Source: Leucoraja ocellata (lineage: Eukaryota). Taken from it: a stretch of 64,000 nt of DNA. Position numbers and translations under genes: made by a program. Below are positions 10,473 through 24,276 of this stretch, piece after piece (the first letter of the stretch is position 1; every line of letters begins with the position of its first letter). The stretch covers positions 1,550,001-1,614,000 of the forward strand of contig JAWMAR010000136.1 in assembly GCA_036785375.1 (NCBI GenBank), written 5' to 3'. The notes under the pieces are model-generated. The model saw nothing but the letters and a program-made list of their open reading frames with translations, ran no database searches and had not been told where the DNA came from.

Positions 10473-13400
10473 CTTAATCTAGATTCCCCGTGATACTGCA
10501 CAGGTTTTCTCCCACACACCAAAGATCTGCGGGTTTGTGGATTAATTGACATTTGTGATTTGCCCCCAAGTTGAAGTGATTGTGGAAGTATTGATAATTG
10601 CTCATTTCTACGCTTCCGCCCAGTCTAGTTTCAGTAAAAAAAACTGAATCAAGCATATGAAACTACTAAATTTTATCTTACCAAAAGCGCGTCACAGATC
10701 ACACACTGTACCTATCCCACCGCGGGTTCAATCATCATGACTGCCTGTTCAAGCCCTCTAGGCCTCGCTCAGACAGAGGCACTCCAGATGTTTACACGGT
10801 CCTGAGCGCTCTCCCAGAAGATCGACGCCGAGCCTCGTGACCGCGGACGTTTGTATGTCCCGGGACCTCGAGGGGTCGAACCACATGGGGGTGGTCTCTT
10901 AATCACCCAATTACAGATATCAAATAACCCCATACATAACAGGCATTTCCCTAACCCAATGATACAACAGTTCAATACATTGTATTCACAACTGACTTCG
11001 AGAGGAAGTCAACTTGGAAACATTTACCCTGATTAACAGAAAACTCAGACAAGACTCAACACCTCATCCAATCAACACTTAGCAAAGTCAAACTCTGCAA
11101 CATTATTTACAACTATTTACAAGGTGTATGTCTGGTTTACAGCCATTCAATCCGTTCTATGCATTTTGCACCAGATTGACAGGGTTTGCAGAATCTCCCA
11201 TTCTTTGCTTGCAAGTTGTACCTAAGCTCCAGACACACTGGTACCTCTCCGCAGCTTGTCCCCGCTCTGCAGAGAAAAATTCCAATTTGACCAAATCTCC
11301 CAGTATCCCTGAAACTTAACCCCATTTTGAAGTCCCAGCTGGTGCAATTTAGCCAGGTTAACGGTATCGGGGGTTGTTCGTTGTTGAAAGTAAGTCAACT
11401 GATGGGAATCCTCTGTCAGCCCACACATTGGGCCAGTTGGCCTCCTTCTATGCCACATAAAAGTATGAAATAAGAGAGTACTGCACTCTCACAATGAGTA
11501 GCACCAACTAACTGAGCAGAATACAGGAAACCGACCTGTGTTATACAAGGGGGAGCATCCAGTTAAGGGCTGAACCATCATGTGATTCAGTAGAGCATAT
11601 TGCAAACTGAAGAAAGACTCAAGTTATTTGCTGCACAGTTGACAGTTCTCATGTAATACAAACATTCTATCATCGGCTCAGCTGAGCACGGATACAGAAT
11701 ATTTTAAATTCCAGGTGGTGCCATCCGGTCAAGGCACAATTCATAATGTAGTTACTTGTGCTTCGGAATAACCAACATTTCCTGCATCTGTACCATTGCA
11801 CCACATCCTGTGTTCTGGATTACACGTTACTTATAGTATCTGCTTCATCACAATGTGTTCATTGATCGCTCATGCAGGAAACTGAGTGAATTGAAAGCTT
11901 TTCATTGCGATGATTTTATATTTTACATTGAAAAGCAGGGTTCAAATTTGGTAGCAAACTTGTTGAATTGCAAACCTACTACAATGTAAATAATTTCACA
12001 GATGGCCTCCAGTCAGGTTCTTGTATATACTGATAGCGGCAGATCCGCTTCTAAATCGCATTCATTGGGTTACTTGTTTATGCCTTCACCTTGAAGTTAT
12101 CAATCCACACCAACACAAGAGGCTCTCGTGAGATTTTTAGATTTCCATTGGCCTTTGAGAAGAAAATTACATTGCTCTTCCTCGTTCAATCCTTGTAGCG
12201 AATTGAGACCACCTAAGAGCACAATTTTCTGCAATACCATTTATGGTGATAGAAATGTTTGCAAGTAATAAGAGAGAGATAAGATCTAAACTAAACTTTA
12301 TAGAATCAACAAGTTTTAAAGTGTGTCTTCTGCGGAACTATTGAAACTAGTTTATAAAATATTCTCTTAAAGGTCAGAAATTCTGACGGGGTTTTAATGC
12401 CTGACATTTGACAATGAAGACATGAATCATAAAATAATATGAACTAAACAACATTTGCATACTGATAATGATCAAGCCAGTGGGCTGAAACTTATCTGTA
12501 GCAAAGTATCAAATCGAGCAGAGAGCAAGAGACTGCTTGCTGGATAAATTTATGCTGATGTTAAACTAGGTCTTTGCCAACGGCAAAGATCAAAAGCAAG
12601 TAGAGACTAAGGGGAATTTACCGTAACGTCTTTATTTCACGCAAATTTGATACAAACTGGTCACCGTTGTTATTTTCATTTATAATATAAAAGTTATTTT
12701 TCAGGCAGCAGGCAATATAACGTGACTCCTGCAAATTCTTTGACGGTCTCAAAAAAATATAAATAAAAATGAATATGAACAAAAGTAACACTAAAATGAG
12801 GAAGCAAAATTCAGGCTCTGACAACAGTTGTCATTTCATTTATGTGTTGCTACTGGGAGGCAATGTCTGAGAGATGATTGTCAGTTTCCAAACAAATTAT
12901 TTTGATTTTGAGCTCCAATTCACCAACATCTCTTCTGACCTTGCTACTGTTTCCAAGCTCTTAAACCTCCTGGTCTCTAGCACTGAATGGACAGAAATGT
13001 CTACAACTATTGAATAATAGACATTGTCTTGCCATAAACAATGTTTCCTATCTATTGATTCAATTTGTTTCCTGAACCAAAGACCTAAACCAAATTAGGC
13101 CACATGTAACCTTGTGGTGATATTTGACCACAGGTTAAGATTAGGATTGTATCCATTTTTTTTAATGACAATAGATCATTTTGACCTCAATAGTGGATAA
13201 AAGGACGCTGAGGGATGACATGATAGAAGTAGATAAAATAATACGTACCACAGGTAGACAATGAATGTTTCCCATGGTAAATGTGTCTAAAATTGAAAAG
13301 GTTTTAGTTTAGTTTTTAGCATAGTTGAAGGGGGTCAAGGCAAGAGCGTTCATGTCGCGGTCCTGTTTTCACCAATCTTTCCACCACCACACACAAGAAG

Positions 13401-13581
13401 CACAAGAAACGCAAAACAGACACCATTATATGCAGATGCCGAGAAGTGTGATCAGCTCTGGCTGAACAACTTTTAATCTTGCGTGTGAACTCGATAAGAA
13501 GAAGAAGTATAGTAGATTTTTGTCACGTATACCAAGGTACAGCAAAAAGCTTTGGTTTGCGTGCTATCCAGTTAAAGATAA

Positions 13582-13763
13582 AGGGCCTGTCCCACTTGGA
13601 CGTCATTTGCGCATCATTTACGCAACATTATTTATGCATCATGATGCATGACACGTGTGTCGTGATGTGCGCATTGCGAGCATTATGCGCGCATGGCGTG
13701 TGGTGAGGCGCGGTGGTGTAGGCAGTGACGCGCGGTCACGCACGGCGCCCCAGGACAGGCCCT
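13582..13763. mobile_element. PIF/Harbinger-type MITE
   Basis: TIR AGGGCCTGTCC...GGACAGGCCCT flanked by TAA on both sides (13579-13581, 13764-13766). Confidence 0.8.
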
Positions 13764-14063
13764 TAAGTCTATATATGATTACAATCAAGACGACCACAGT
13801 GCACAGAGAAAGGATAAAAGATACAATATTTAAGGTGAGAGGGAAGAGACTCGAAGGGGTTCTGAGGGGTAAATGCTCACATAAGGCCTTGTTGGTATCT
13901 GAAATGAGCTACCAGGGAAGGTGGTGGAGGTTGGAACCGTTGCAATATTTAAGAGGCATCTGTTTAGGTACTTCACAGAGAGATGCGGAATCAGTGTAGG
14001 CATCATGGCCAGCATAGACCTGGTTGGCCACAGTGCCTGTTTCTATGCTGTACAACTCTATTA

Positions 14064-15161
14064 ATCTTATGAAGACAAAGGCGGAATCAGCTAATTTAAT
14101 ATCGTATCTATATAATATCATTTTAAACATAGAAATACCCACAACAGATGGAATTAGAAGAGATTGGGAACAAGAATTAGCTATAAAAATCTCAAAAGAG
14201 AGCTGGGATAATCATTTACTACAGGTGCATAAATGTTCGATCAACGTACGACATACGCTCATCCAATTTAAAACATTCCATAGATTATATTATTCAAAAA
14301 CTAAATTAAATAAAATCTTCCCTAATGTTTCACCAATCTGTGATAAATGCCTGTGTCAAGAAGCTACCATAGCGCACTCTTTTGTTTTTTGTACAAAAAT
14401 CCAAAAATTCTGGTATGAAATATTTGATATTTTTTCAAAATTAGTCAAAATAAAACTGGTACCAAAACCAGAATGGATTATCTTTGGAATATCGGAAGGT
14501 AACCCTGAACTAAACGTGTTTCAGAAGAATTTATTTAATTACGGGCTAATAATGGGAAAAAAGCTTATACTTAAATTCTGGAAAAATGCGCCCACACCAA
14601 CAATAAAAATGTGGATATCAAATATGTTTGAAACATTACATCTGGAAGAGATGAGATTCCTCTTAGCAGGTAAAGCAGACCAATTCCAAAAGACGTGGTC
14701 TATGTTTCTGGACCTATTACAAGTATGAGGTGCAATAGTAATTTAAATAAATAAATAAATGGTATCAGGACCTGGTAACGGGAGGTAAAACAACAAAAAC
14801 AGACTTGGTTGGTAGTCCCCTTTCTGCGGAGTTTAATGTTATAATAGAGCGATTGTTCCTATTTTCTTTTTCTTTCTTTTCTAGGGTCTATTTTCTCACT
14901 TTACTTCCTTCTCTAACTTCTTTTCTAAGGGGCTTTCTTTTCCCAACACTCTTGCACTTCACGACTCTTGCGCACTTTCTTTACTTGCCTTACTACTATC
15001 TTTTTCTTAAAGCTAAAAAAAAATGAAGCGGTACAAAAAAATGTATTAAGATATATGTGTTGTGTAGTATTGTAATTTACCGTACTTCTAATAAAAATAA
15101 AATAAAAAAAAAAAAATAATAATAAAAAAAAAGAAGTTCTAGTAAGACAAAAAAAACAAAA
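14064..15161 (+). mobile_element. 5'-truncated L1-clade LINE: ORF2 C-terminus (zf-RVT cysteine cluster), 3' UTR and poly(A)
   Basis: open frame to 14728 containing CDKCLCQEATIAHSFVFC; AATAAA and A-tail at about 15090-15132; TSD AACTCTATTA at 14054-14063 and 15162-15171. Confidence 0.88.
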
Positions 15162-16531
15162 AACTCTATTACTCTTTGAATCGAATATTGCCCACTCTGT
15201 TTGTCGCAATCAAATGCATTGAAACACTGTCCTGCATTTGTATTATCTTAAGATTTGACCAAGATACTCTTTATTGGCCTCCCTTGTTTAGACTTGGACA
15301 CACAAGGAAGTACAGATGCTGCTATACTAAAAAAAGGACTAGGCACTGTGGTAAATGAGCAGGTCAGGCAGCATCTCGGGAGGACAGGGATAGGTGACAT
15401 TTTGGGTCAGTACCACAAAATACTCTCCCACTGTTACTGGATGAATGCAGATATCTGGGAGAGATTTATGGGGCTGAATGGGTTGAATTTGTCTCTGGAT
15501 ACAACTCAAGATCAGTCCTTTCAGCCTTAAAAAATCTTTCCTATTGCAATTCACCCAATAACAATGGGAGATGATGTTTGCAGCAATGAGCACGGTTAGC
15601 ATAATAGTGGAAACGATGAAAGATGAAACAGAGGCTGTAACTGCAAACTGAGTGATAGCAAATTGCACTCAGCTGAGATGTTTCAGTAAAATGTTCAGAT
15701 ACTTGAAGGTAAATTATAATGAGAGGATTGGGAGACCTTCAGGAAAGTGATAAAAATCAAAACAGGATGCACGCGTTCCCGTAAGATTGCCTGCAATCTC
15801 CTTGGACAATAAAAAAACGGTAAGATAAGGCAAAAAGGAAAGCTTATGACAGACATCATGAACTCGAGATCAGTGAGACAGGACATCTAATATAGAATGA
15901 ATGGATCTGGGCAAGGCCACACTTGGTATTGGTCACAATAGCAAGTGCCATGGGTTATGGGGAGAAGGCAGGAGAATGGGGTTGCGAGGGAAAGGTTGAA
16001 TGGCAGAACAGACTGATTGGCCGAATGGCCTAATTCTGCTCCCACAACTTATGAACAATAAAAACATCTAAGAGAGAGCTCCAGCTTGGATAGGCTGGAT
16101 TTGTGCTCTTTTGTAGTGTGAGGGGAGATTTATATGAGGTGTATGCAATTACAAGGTACCTGGACAGCAAATAGGATGAGCTACGGTATTTCTGTTCGTA
16201 CAAGTGTCAAACATTTGGGGCATAAAATTGAAGAAATTGATATAAGGTTTGGAGTTCACTATTCCATGGCGTGATTAAGCCAACAATCACAATTAAAGAG
16301 GACATGGATGTGCACTGGAAGATAGATCCTAGGGGCAATGGTCCAAATACTGGAAAATGGATTAAGCCAATAGCTCTTTTTCAACCAACATGAACATAGT
16401 GTAAAGGACTAAACAATCTCCTTCTGTTAAAATATTTTGCATGAGTTTATCTCATTTCTAATCCTGACTTCTTCAGCATCTCAATTTTAATTCCTCTACT
16501 TCCTTTCTTCAAACAAGACTTTACCTCTCAT

Positions 16532-16931
16532 CAGTGGCGGACTGGGTCTGAAAATATTGGTTGCCAGGAGCAGGGACGGAAAACCCGGGGGGGCCAGAGG
16601 GGACATGTCCCCCCCATGTTTTGAGAGGTGGGGCACATCCCCCCCAAGTTTTTGTGATCCCGATTTAAAAATCGCAGTTTTTAGCGCTGGATTGAGCCTC
16701 CGAAGCCTCGCACATGTGTGTGAGTGTGTGGGTGCGTGCATGGCCGCCAAACATTTGTGTCCCCCGTCCCCTCCATGTTTTGAAAGTGAGTTCCGTTCAG
16801 GGCCAGGAGACAAAGTGGGCCTACGTCATCAGGGGCCCACTTGATATAGAGAGCCCACTTCATCAGGGGCCCACTTCATCAGGGGCCCACTTGCCATCGG
16901 GCAAGCTGACACCCTGGCCAGTCCTCCACTG
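16532..16931. mobile_element. hAT-type MITE (host of a nested MITE)
   Basis: TIR CAGTGGCGGACTGG...CCAGTCCTCCACTG; 8-bp TSD CCTCTCAT at 16524-16531 and 16932-16939; internal catcaggggcccactt x3. Confidence 0.88.
16571..16801. mobile_element. second hAT-type MITE nested inside the first
   Basis: 8-bp TSD GCCAGGAG at 16563-16570 and 16802-16809; imperfect TIR CAGGGACGGAA...TTCCGTTCAGG. Confidence 0.75.
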
Positions 16932-17719
16932 CCTCTCATACCTCCTTAAGATTGTTCCTGATCTCCTACCTCTTTGAGCAAAGTTTTGGCTATCCATTGT
17001 GATATCTACAAATGTAGTTTCATGCAGAAACAAAGAACTGAGGATGCTGGTTAATACATGAAAGGACCCGTAGTGCTGGAGTCTGAAGATGGGTCTCGAC
17101 CCGAAACATCACCTATCCATGTTATCCAGGGATGCTGCCTGACACGTTGAGTTACTCCAACATTTTGTATCCTTTAATGTAGTTTCATATTTGGCAACAC
17201 ACCTATGAAAGGCTTGGAAATGTTTGACTATGTTATAACTCTATTTTTCTCTGGTATAATTCACTGTTATAATTCTATGCCTATAATTTTATATCATTAA
17301 ATGTGTTACTTTACCAATTTTTTAAAAGAGTTATGGAATGTAAATGTGTTCTGATTTTAATTTTATCTCCTTTCTACTGGGGCCGTTAAAATCTTAAAAT
17401 CTATTCTAACATGATAAAAGCATGGAACAACTTTCATCTGAATGCAAGTTCATGCGTCTGATTATAGAACCAGTTGATATCTTAAATTTGAGTGCTCAAT
17501 CTCATTTCTAAAACTGGAAGTAACAGCACATTTTATTTCAAATGCCCGATATATAACATTTATCAGCAGTTTCCATGTTCTATATTTAAACTAGAAGCTG
17601 GTTTGTAGCATAAAGTCTTAGGTTCTAATTTCACAACCAAACTAGCTGAGGATTTACGTGGTTCAAAGGAAATGGAAACAAATGTTAATGTTGGGTTGGG
17701 AGGCTGTGGCAGGTACATG

Positions 17720-19170
17720 ACCTAGGGCTTGCTATTGGGCTCCTGCTCTGCACATTCTGTCCTTTGATTTACCCTCAACAACTTCTCCTTTGACTCCCAT
17801 TTCCTCCAAATCCGAGGTGTAGCTATGGGCACTCGCATTGGCCCTAGCCATGCCTGCCTCTTTGTAGGGTACGTCGAACAATCCCTGTTCCAGGCGTACA
17901 CTGGCCCTATCCCCAAACTCTACCTCCGCTACATTGACAATTGCAATGGTGCTACCTCCTGAACCCATACAGAACTCAGTGCCTTCATCAACTTCACCAC
18001 TAATTTCCATCCGGTATTCAAATTCACTTGGACCATCTCCAACATACCCCTACCGTTTCTAGATCTCGCCATCTCCATCACAGGAAACAGACTATTGACT
18101 AACATCTACGACAAACCTACCGACTCATTTAGCTATCTTGACTACACTTCTTCCCACCCTGCTTCCTGTAAAGACTCTATCCCCTTCTCCCAATTACTCC
18201 ATCTATGCCGCATCTGCATCCAGGCTGAGGTGTTCCACACCAGGGCATCGGAGATGTCCTCATTCTTTAAGAAATGGGGGTTCCCCACTTCCATTATAGA
18301 TGAGGCTCTCACTAGGGTCTCCTCGATATCCTGCAGTTCCGCTCTTACTACACCTTCCCCCATTCATAACAAGGACAGAGTCCCCCTTGTCCTCACCTTC
18401 CACCCCATCATCGCATACAGCATATAATCCTCCAATATTTTTGCCACCTCCAACGGGATCCCTTTACTGGCCACATCTTCCCATCTCCACCCCTTTCTGC
18501 TTTCCACAGTGACTGTTCCCTCCGAAACTCCCTGGTCAACTTGTCCCTTCCCACCCAAACCACCCCTCCCCGGGTACTTTCCCCTGCAACCGCAGGAGAT
18601 ACAACACCTGTCCATTTACCTCCCCCCGCGACTCCATCCATAAACCCAAACAGTCTTTCCAGGTGAGGCAGAGGTTCACCTGCATCTACTGTAGGGTCAT
18701 CTACTGTATCCGCTGTTCCAGGTGTCAACTGCTCTACATCAGTGAGACCAAGCACAGACTCGGCGATTGTTTCGCTGAACACCTCCGCACAGTCCGCTTT
18801 AACCTACCTGATCTCCCTGTGGCTCAGCACTTCAACTTCCCCTCCTATTCCCAATCTGTCCTTTCTGTCCTGGGCCTCCTCCATTATCAGAGTGAGGCCC
18901 AATGCAAATTGAAGGAACAGCACCTTGTCACTTGGGCAATTTACACCATAGCGGTATGAACATTGACTTCTCTAACCAGATAGCCCTTGTTTTCTCTCTC
19001 CATCCCCTTCCCCTTCCCAGTTCTCCAACTAGTCTTACTGCCTCCACCTACTTTCTATCTTTGTCACGCCCTCTCACCTGACATCAGTCTGAAGAAGGGT
19101 CTCGACCCGAAACGACGCCCATTCCTTCCGCCAGATATGCTGCCTCACCCGCTGAGTTACTCTAGCATTT
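17720..19170 (+). mobile_element. Penelope-like retroelement, 5'-truncated and frameshifted (RT C-half, GIY-YIG, terminal repeat with hammerhead motif)
   Basis: QIRGVAMG, YLRYID, PFLD, KPTD..YLDYTSSHP..CKDSIPFSQ RT motifs; VIYCIRCSRCQLLYISETKHRL GIY-YIG; ctgaagaagggtctcgacccgaaac at 19089. Confidence 0.88.
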
Positions 19171-20223
19171 CTACATTCTATCTTTTCTTTGGATGAAGCT
19201 GTCAGATGTAATGGAGCCAGACTTCTGGATGGAAGTGTGTGTTGTGAGAAAATTGTCCATCTGAGCTAGTTCAATTTACCCGTGTTAAGCACACATCCCT
19301 CTAGTCTCATTATTTCCCAGCCATATATCCATTCAAACTTCCTCAACCCCTTTCTCTGGCAGCTTGATCCATATATATGCCACCTTCTGTGTAAAGAGGT
19401 TGCTCCTCAAGTCTCTCTCATCTTAATCCTATGCTCATTTGTTTTTGATTCCCCTTCCTTGGGGGAAAAAAACTGTGTGCGCTCAACTTATCTATGACCC
19501 TCTTGATTTTATGTGCCTCTATAAGGTCTCCACTCAGTCTCCTATGGTAGGACAATTTTAAATCCAATTTTAATTGGGGCAGTATTACAAAATTCAGTCT
19601 GATTTCATAACAGCAATGCAGCAAAAAAAAAAGAATTTTCACAGTGCACTCTACATAGAATTCAAGTTTCTGTTCACAATTTTAATGTATAGATTTGTAC
19701 ATTCAGCAGAAGAATATATGCAAATAATTTTACTGTTCACTACAGCAGCTTGGCTGTGTTAATCAGCTCAATGATATTTCAGTGTGAGCTCAGAGTCCAG
19801 CCTGGAGCTGAAGTATAAGGATTGCAGTAGTCCTGTACTGATCTCTGCAGGATGGGAGGTCAGCAACTGTTGTTTTTGTGCCCAGGCCTGGACTGCATGC
19901 AAACGTCAGATGAATGTCCAATACCTCTTCATGTAAACGCCACATGTGATGGGCAAAGACAGTTTACAGTTGTCTCCGGTCAATGGAACATCCCGATTTA
20001 AGCACCAGAGAAATTGCATTTTTAGACCCTTGAGAAAATGGTCAACTTATTGAGTTACTCCTGGAGCTGCCAGCTCCTAAAGAAGTTCAGCCACCAAATA
20101 ATTTTGTCTTTTGCAAGAGAAAAACAAAACTGGGACTAAAATATGCCTGACAAAACGTTTGACTCCTTAAGGATATCTAACACCTAATAAAAGTGAACAA
20201 TTAACTCTTGTCCATAGGAAGAA

Positions 20224-20342
20224 TTATAAAGCGATGACGTCTATTGCTGAGCACGGTAGTCTTGGTGTTGGCCACTCAGTTCCCAGAGGCTCGTCCTCCA
20301 TGTCGCTCTGTGAAACCACTTGTGAGTAGTTCATTCCTGAGT
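20224..20342 (-). CDS. IgSF receptor, predicted terminal coding exon: (D)SGMNYSQVVSQSDMEDEPLGTEWPTPRLPCSAIDVIAL*
   Basis: ctactttgtag| acceptor, phase 1 matches the preceding exon; ITIM-like MNYSQV. Confidence 0.6.
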
Positions 20343-20581
20343 CTACAAAGTAGCTGAGAACTAATTTCAAGGTCACACAGTCCTCAAGTCTTGACGTGAA
20401 ACTCGCACCACAGAATATTCAGATGTATCATCAACATGATGGCGAGGAGATGAGCTGTAAACATACGGTAACGGTTTTTTGGCATTTTTCTCCATTGCGT
20501 CGCAAATTTGCTGAATGAACATAAAAAAGAAGAATAATCACTATCACGTGCCAAGGGCAAGTGGAATAAAACCAAGATTAC

Positions 20582-20606
20582 CGGAAATGTTTAGGTCGGG
20601 CAGTAA
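20582..20606 (-). CDS. IgSF receptor, predicted cytoplasmic micro-exon LLPDLNIS
   Basis: tttcctctatccacag|...TCCG|gtaatc; 25 nt bridges phase 0->1 exactly as required. Confidence 0.6.
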
Positions 20607-23600
20607 CTGTGGATAGAGGAAACTAACAAAATGTACCTTGTGGAATGGAAATTGAATTATCCACTCATTTGAGCCAACTAGTACTGGTTTAAATCAAAGC
20701 AGCAATTTTATATTTATGTACAATTAATATTATATTATATTTAGATTTGTGAAAAACACAGTGGTTGGCACATGAGCACAGAACTTTCCATATTATCCGT
20801 GATATTTCTGATGATTCACACATTACCTGCAAATGTCTATAAATAATGCCTGCGTGGATGTTAGCAAAGGCTATCAGAGTAATAGAAGGGTCATCTTATA
20901 ATATTTTGAAAAAGTCTTACTATTTTACAATATTTTCTAGTTTAAAAAATGATAGTAGTTGAGGGATATTTTTCAATTTTTCGGGGGTGAATGGCATTGA
21001 AAATGACTTGGATGAGAAAGTAATAAAAATGAACTGCAGATGCTGGTTTGTAACAAAGATAGACACAGAATGCTGGAGGGACTCAGCATGTCAGGCAGCA
21101 TCTCTGGAGAAAATGGATGTGATGTTTCAGGTCAGGATCCTTCTTCAGACTGATTGTATGGGGGTGGTGGGGGTGGGGAGAGCAGGAAGCAAGAAAAGAC
21201 TAAAAGACAAATCAGGGCCAGCAACAGATGACCTCGGGCAGGATGGTTCCTGATAGACCAATTGTTGGCTTGGGACAGAGTGATCCCAAAAGATGTTGCT
21301 TGATCCACCAAGTTACCCCAGCATTTTGTGGGTATCTTTAAATGAGAAAGTAGGTGGACTGATTAGTAAACTTGTTGACGACACAAAAATTAATGGAATA
21401 ATAGATAGTGACGAGGGTTGTGAAAGAAACCAGAACAACATTGATTAGTTCAAAAATTGGGCAGAGGAGTGGAAGATGGGTTTAATACAGACGGGTATTA
21501 ATGTATTTTGGAATGCCAAATACTACCAGGACATATCCGGTAAATGGCATGGAGACTATCTAATTTACTTTCAGTTAAAAATAAACAGATTTTTATTCAA
21601 ATCAGTTAAATTTGAACTGTTAGGAATGTTACGATGATTTAAGATCATTATGTGGAGAACTATATACAGGTTCTCTATTAGAAACTAGAATTAAATATGT
21701 TAGCGGCATTTAGCAGATACAATAGTCGCAGTTAGATAGGCACATGGTTTTGCATGGAATTGAGAGATATGGATGATGTGCCGGCAAGGGAGATTTGATA
21801 AACTTAACATCGTGCTTGGCAAGTACTTTGTGGGCCGACGCGCCTGTCCCTGAGCAGTACTGTTCTATGTACAAATGGAAAAATATGATCAAAATGTCGA
21901 TACTTGACTGAAGGCACTGACATCCGTTTCCACTTCAGCTCAAAACTAAATTTGGAGCATCAAAGATAAATGATGGGAAATATTCTGTGTATTCTGTAAA
22001 CCTTTACGTTAGGATGGCATAGTGGCACTGTAGTCAGTACAGCTGTCTCACAGCTCCAATGATCTGGTTCAAATCTGAACTGTGGTCTTTGACTGGGTGG
22101 AATCTGTTAATACTCCATGTGACCATGAGGATTCCTACATCTGCTCTGGTTTCTTCCCGCATCCTAAAGATATAATGTTATTGGATCCTGTGCCGTGCAT
22201 CTGACACAGTTGTGAGGTGAGTGGAGGGGGGGGGGGGGGGGGGTTAATTTACCAGAGAATAGGTTGCAGAAATTGAATGGGGTAGTGAATGATTGGATTA
22301 TGCTGAGAGCTGGCAGAGACATGATGGGTTGAATGGCCTTCATCTTTGTTTTAAGAAAATATGAAAACATTTTTTGAAGTTTGAAGGATCAGGTGCTATC
22401 TGCCAGGGAATGTGTTTAAGATCAGTACATCGATGAATATGAATATATCCGAGTCCAAGCCCAGCCATGTCTCTAACCACACAGCAAACACTCTGGACTG
22501 ACTATTTACACTTCTGTTTGTATTGTCCAACATGGCCTGTGCCTCAGTTCATCTGTTACCGATGCTTTACCACCATAGGCACTCAGGTCTCATCTCCCAC
22601 AATCTCATCCCTGTATGCCCAAAACAACTCGCTACTGAAACTCACATTTTAACTTGCACCAATTGCTGTTCAGCCATTATACACATTCTTGCTGCATACC
22701 AATAACTCTTGGTTAAGCAACGGCTGAATTTTTAAATAGTCACCTTTGTTTTGAAGCCACACCCTCTCCTCAAAGCCTCAACCTGCCCTATTCCTTTCCA
22801 TCTCTGCCAGCCCTGCAGACCACAGAGGTAGTAAAAAAAACTGCAAATGCTGGAAAACTAAAGTAAAAACAGGAACTGTGTGAGGAGGAACTGCGGATGC
22901 TAGTTCAGACCGACGATAGACACAAAAAGCTGGAGTAATTCAGTTGGACAGGCAGCATCTCTGGAGAGAAGGAATGGGTGACGTTTCGGGTCGAGACCCT
23001 TCCGTCAGTCGGTCAGGCAACATTTGAGAAAATGGAAACTGTTCTGCTTGAAAACTTTCCAATGACCCACTTTGAGGCATTTTACTGGGCTAAGGGAGCT
23101 TTGTAAAGTTGTTCTGTGGGTTACGAAGCGGGATGGTGGTGCTGCTAAAGTAATGCTACTAGTAATCAATCTTACAACCGTTCTGACATGAGGTCTCTGA
23201 CCTGAAACTTTGACGGTTTCTCTTTCCGCAGATGCTGCATGTTCTGCTGAGTATTTCCAGCATTATCTGTTTTGAACCCACATCACTATCTGCTCACATC
23301 TAACGTTTATCTAGGTTATTTTTTTCCATTAATGCCTGCTGTATTTTTCAGCTGATTAAACCGTAAGAACAATTATCCACTCACTAAATAGACAATAGAC
23401 AATAGATGCAGGAGTAGGCCATTTGGCGCTTCGAGTCAGCACCGCCATTCAATGTGATCATGGCAATCTTTTTATTTTTTATTTTTATATAAATCTTTTT
23501 GTTTTCCTACTTCACCTTCCTTAATCCGACTTCTTTGACCAAATTTGGTGATCTGTTTTAACATTATTTTGGTGTTCAGTGGAAAATCCTGTTTGATAAT

Positions 23601-24040
23601 GAACCACCTTGGAACATTTTATTATGCTAAAGGAGCTTTCTAAAGTTGTAATGTCGATTATGAGGTAGGACAGTGCTGTCACTAAAACAAGGCAATGGGA
23701 TTCAATCAACGTTTTTTACATCTATGCCGAAAGCAAAAGGATTTAGTTTAGTTTAGAGATATAGTGTGGAAACAGGCCCTTCGGCATATCGAGTCTCTGC
23801 TGACCTATGATGCATCGTACACTAGTTCTATCAAACACACGAAGGACAATTTTGCAGAAGCCATTTAACCTACAAACCTGAAACAAACCTGAAACCCTAT
23901 GCGGCCACAGGGAAATGTGTACTTAGTTGGATATCATTCCTCTCTGGGGATATAGCTATGTGTCCTGCAATTGCTGATGTATTTAAGATACATCAAGGAT
24001 AAATAAACAAGGAGACTTTCTCTGATGCAATTATCAATAC

Positions 24041-24138
24041 CTTGGCTTTTTGGTTGTAGCGTTGTTTTGGACTGTGGATAACAATGTCCGCATAGGAGAC
24101 TTCTTCTTCACTGTTCCCTTCATTAACAAAGGCAACTT
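24041..24138 (-). CDS. IgSF receptor, cytoplasmic exon with ITIM: (E)VAFVNEGNSEEEVSYADIVIHSPKQRYNQKAK
   Basis: cttttccccacag| acceptor; VSYADI ITIM after an acidic run; AAG|gtattg donor; phase 1->0. Confidence 0.8.
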
Positions 24139-24216
24139 CTGTGGGGAAAAGAACAAACATGTGAAGCATTTATTGTAATATATGGAAGAAACTTAAGTCC
24201 CTGAATTTTATCTTAC

Positions 24217-24276
24217 CGGTTGAATACGGTCTGCTGATTGGTGGGCCATTCTTCCTGACCACTGCATATATTGTAT
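24217..24276 (-). CDS. IgSF receptor, cytoplasmic exon with ITSM: TIYAVVRKNGPPISRPYST
   Basis: tttggcag|AT...ACCG|gtaaga; 60 nt, phase 1->1; TxYxxV. Confidence 0.8.

Noticed and set aside
14024-14728. 234-aa ORF as a host gene
   Set aside because: It is the C-terminus of L1 ORF2, with an upstream ATG borrowed from flanking repeat sequence.
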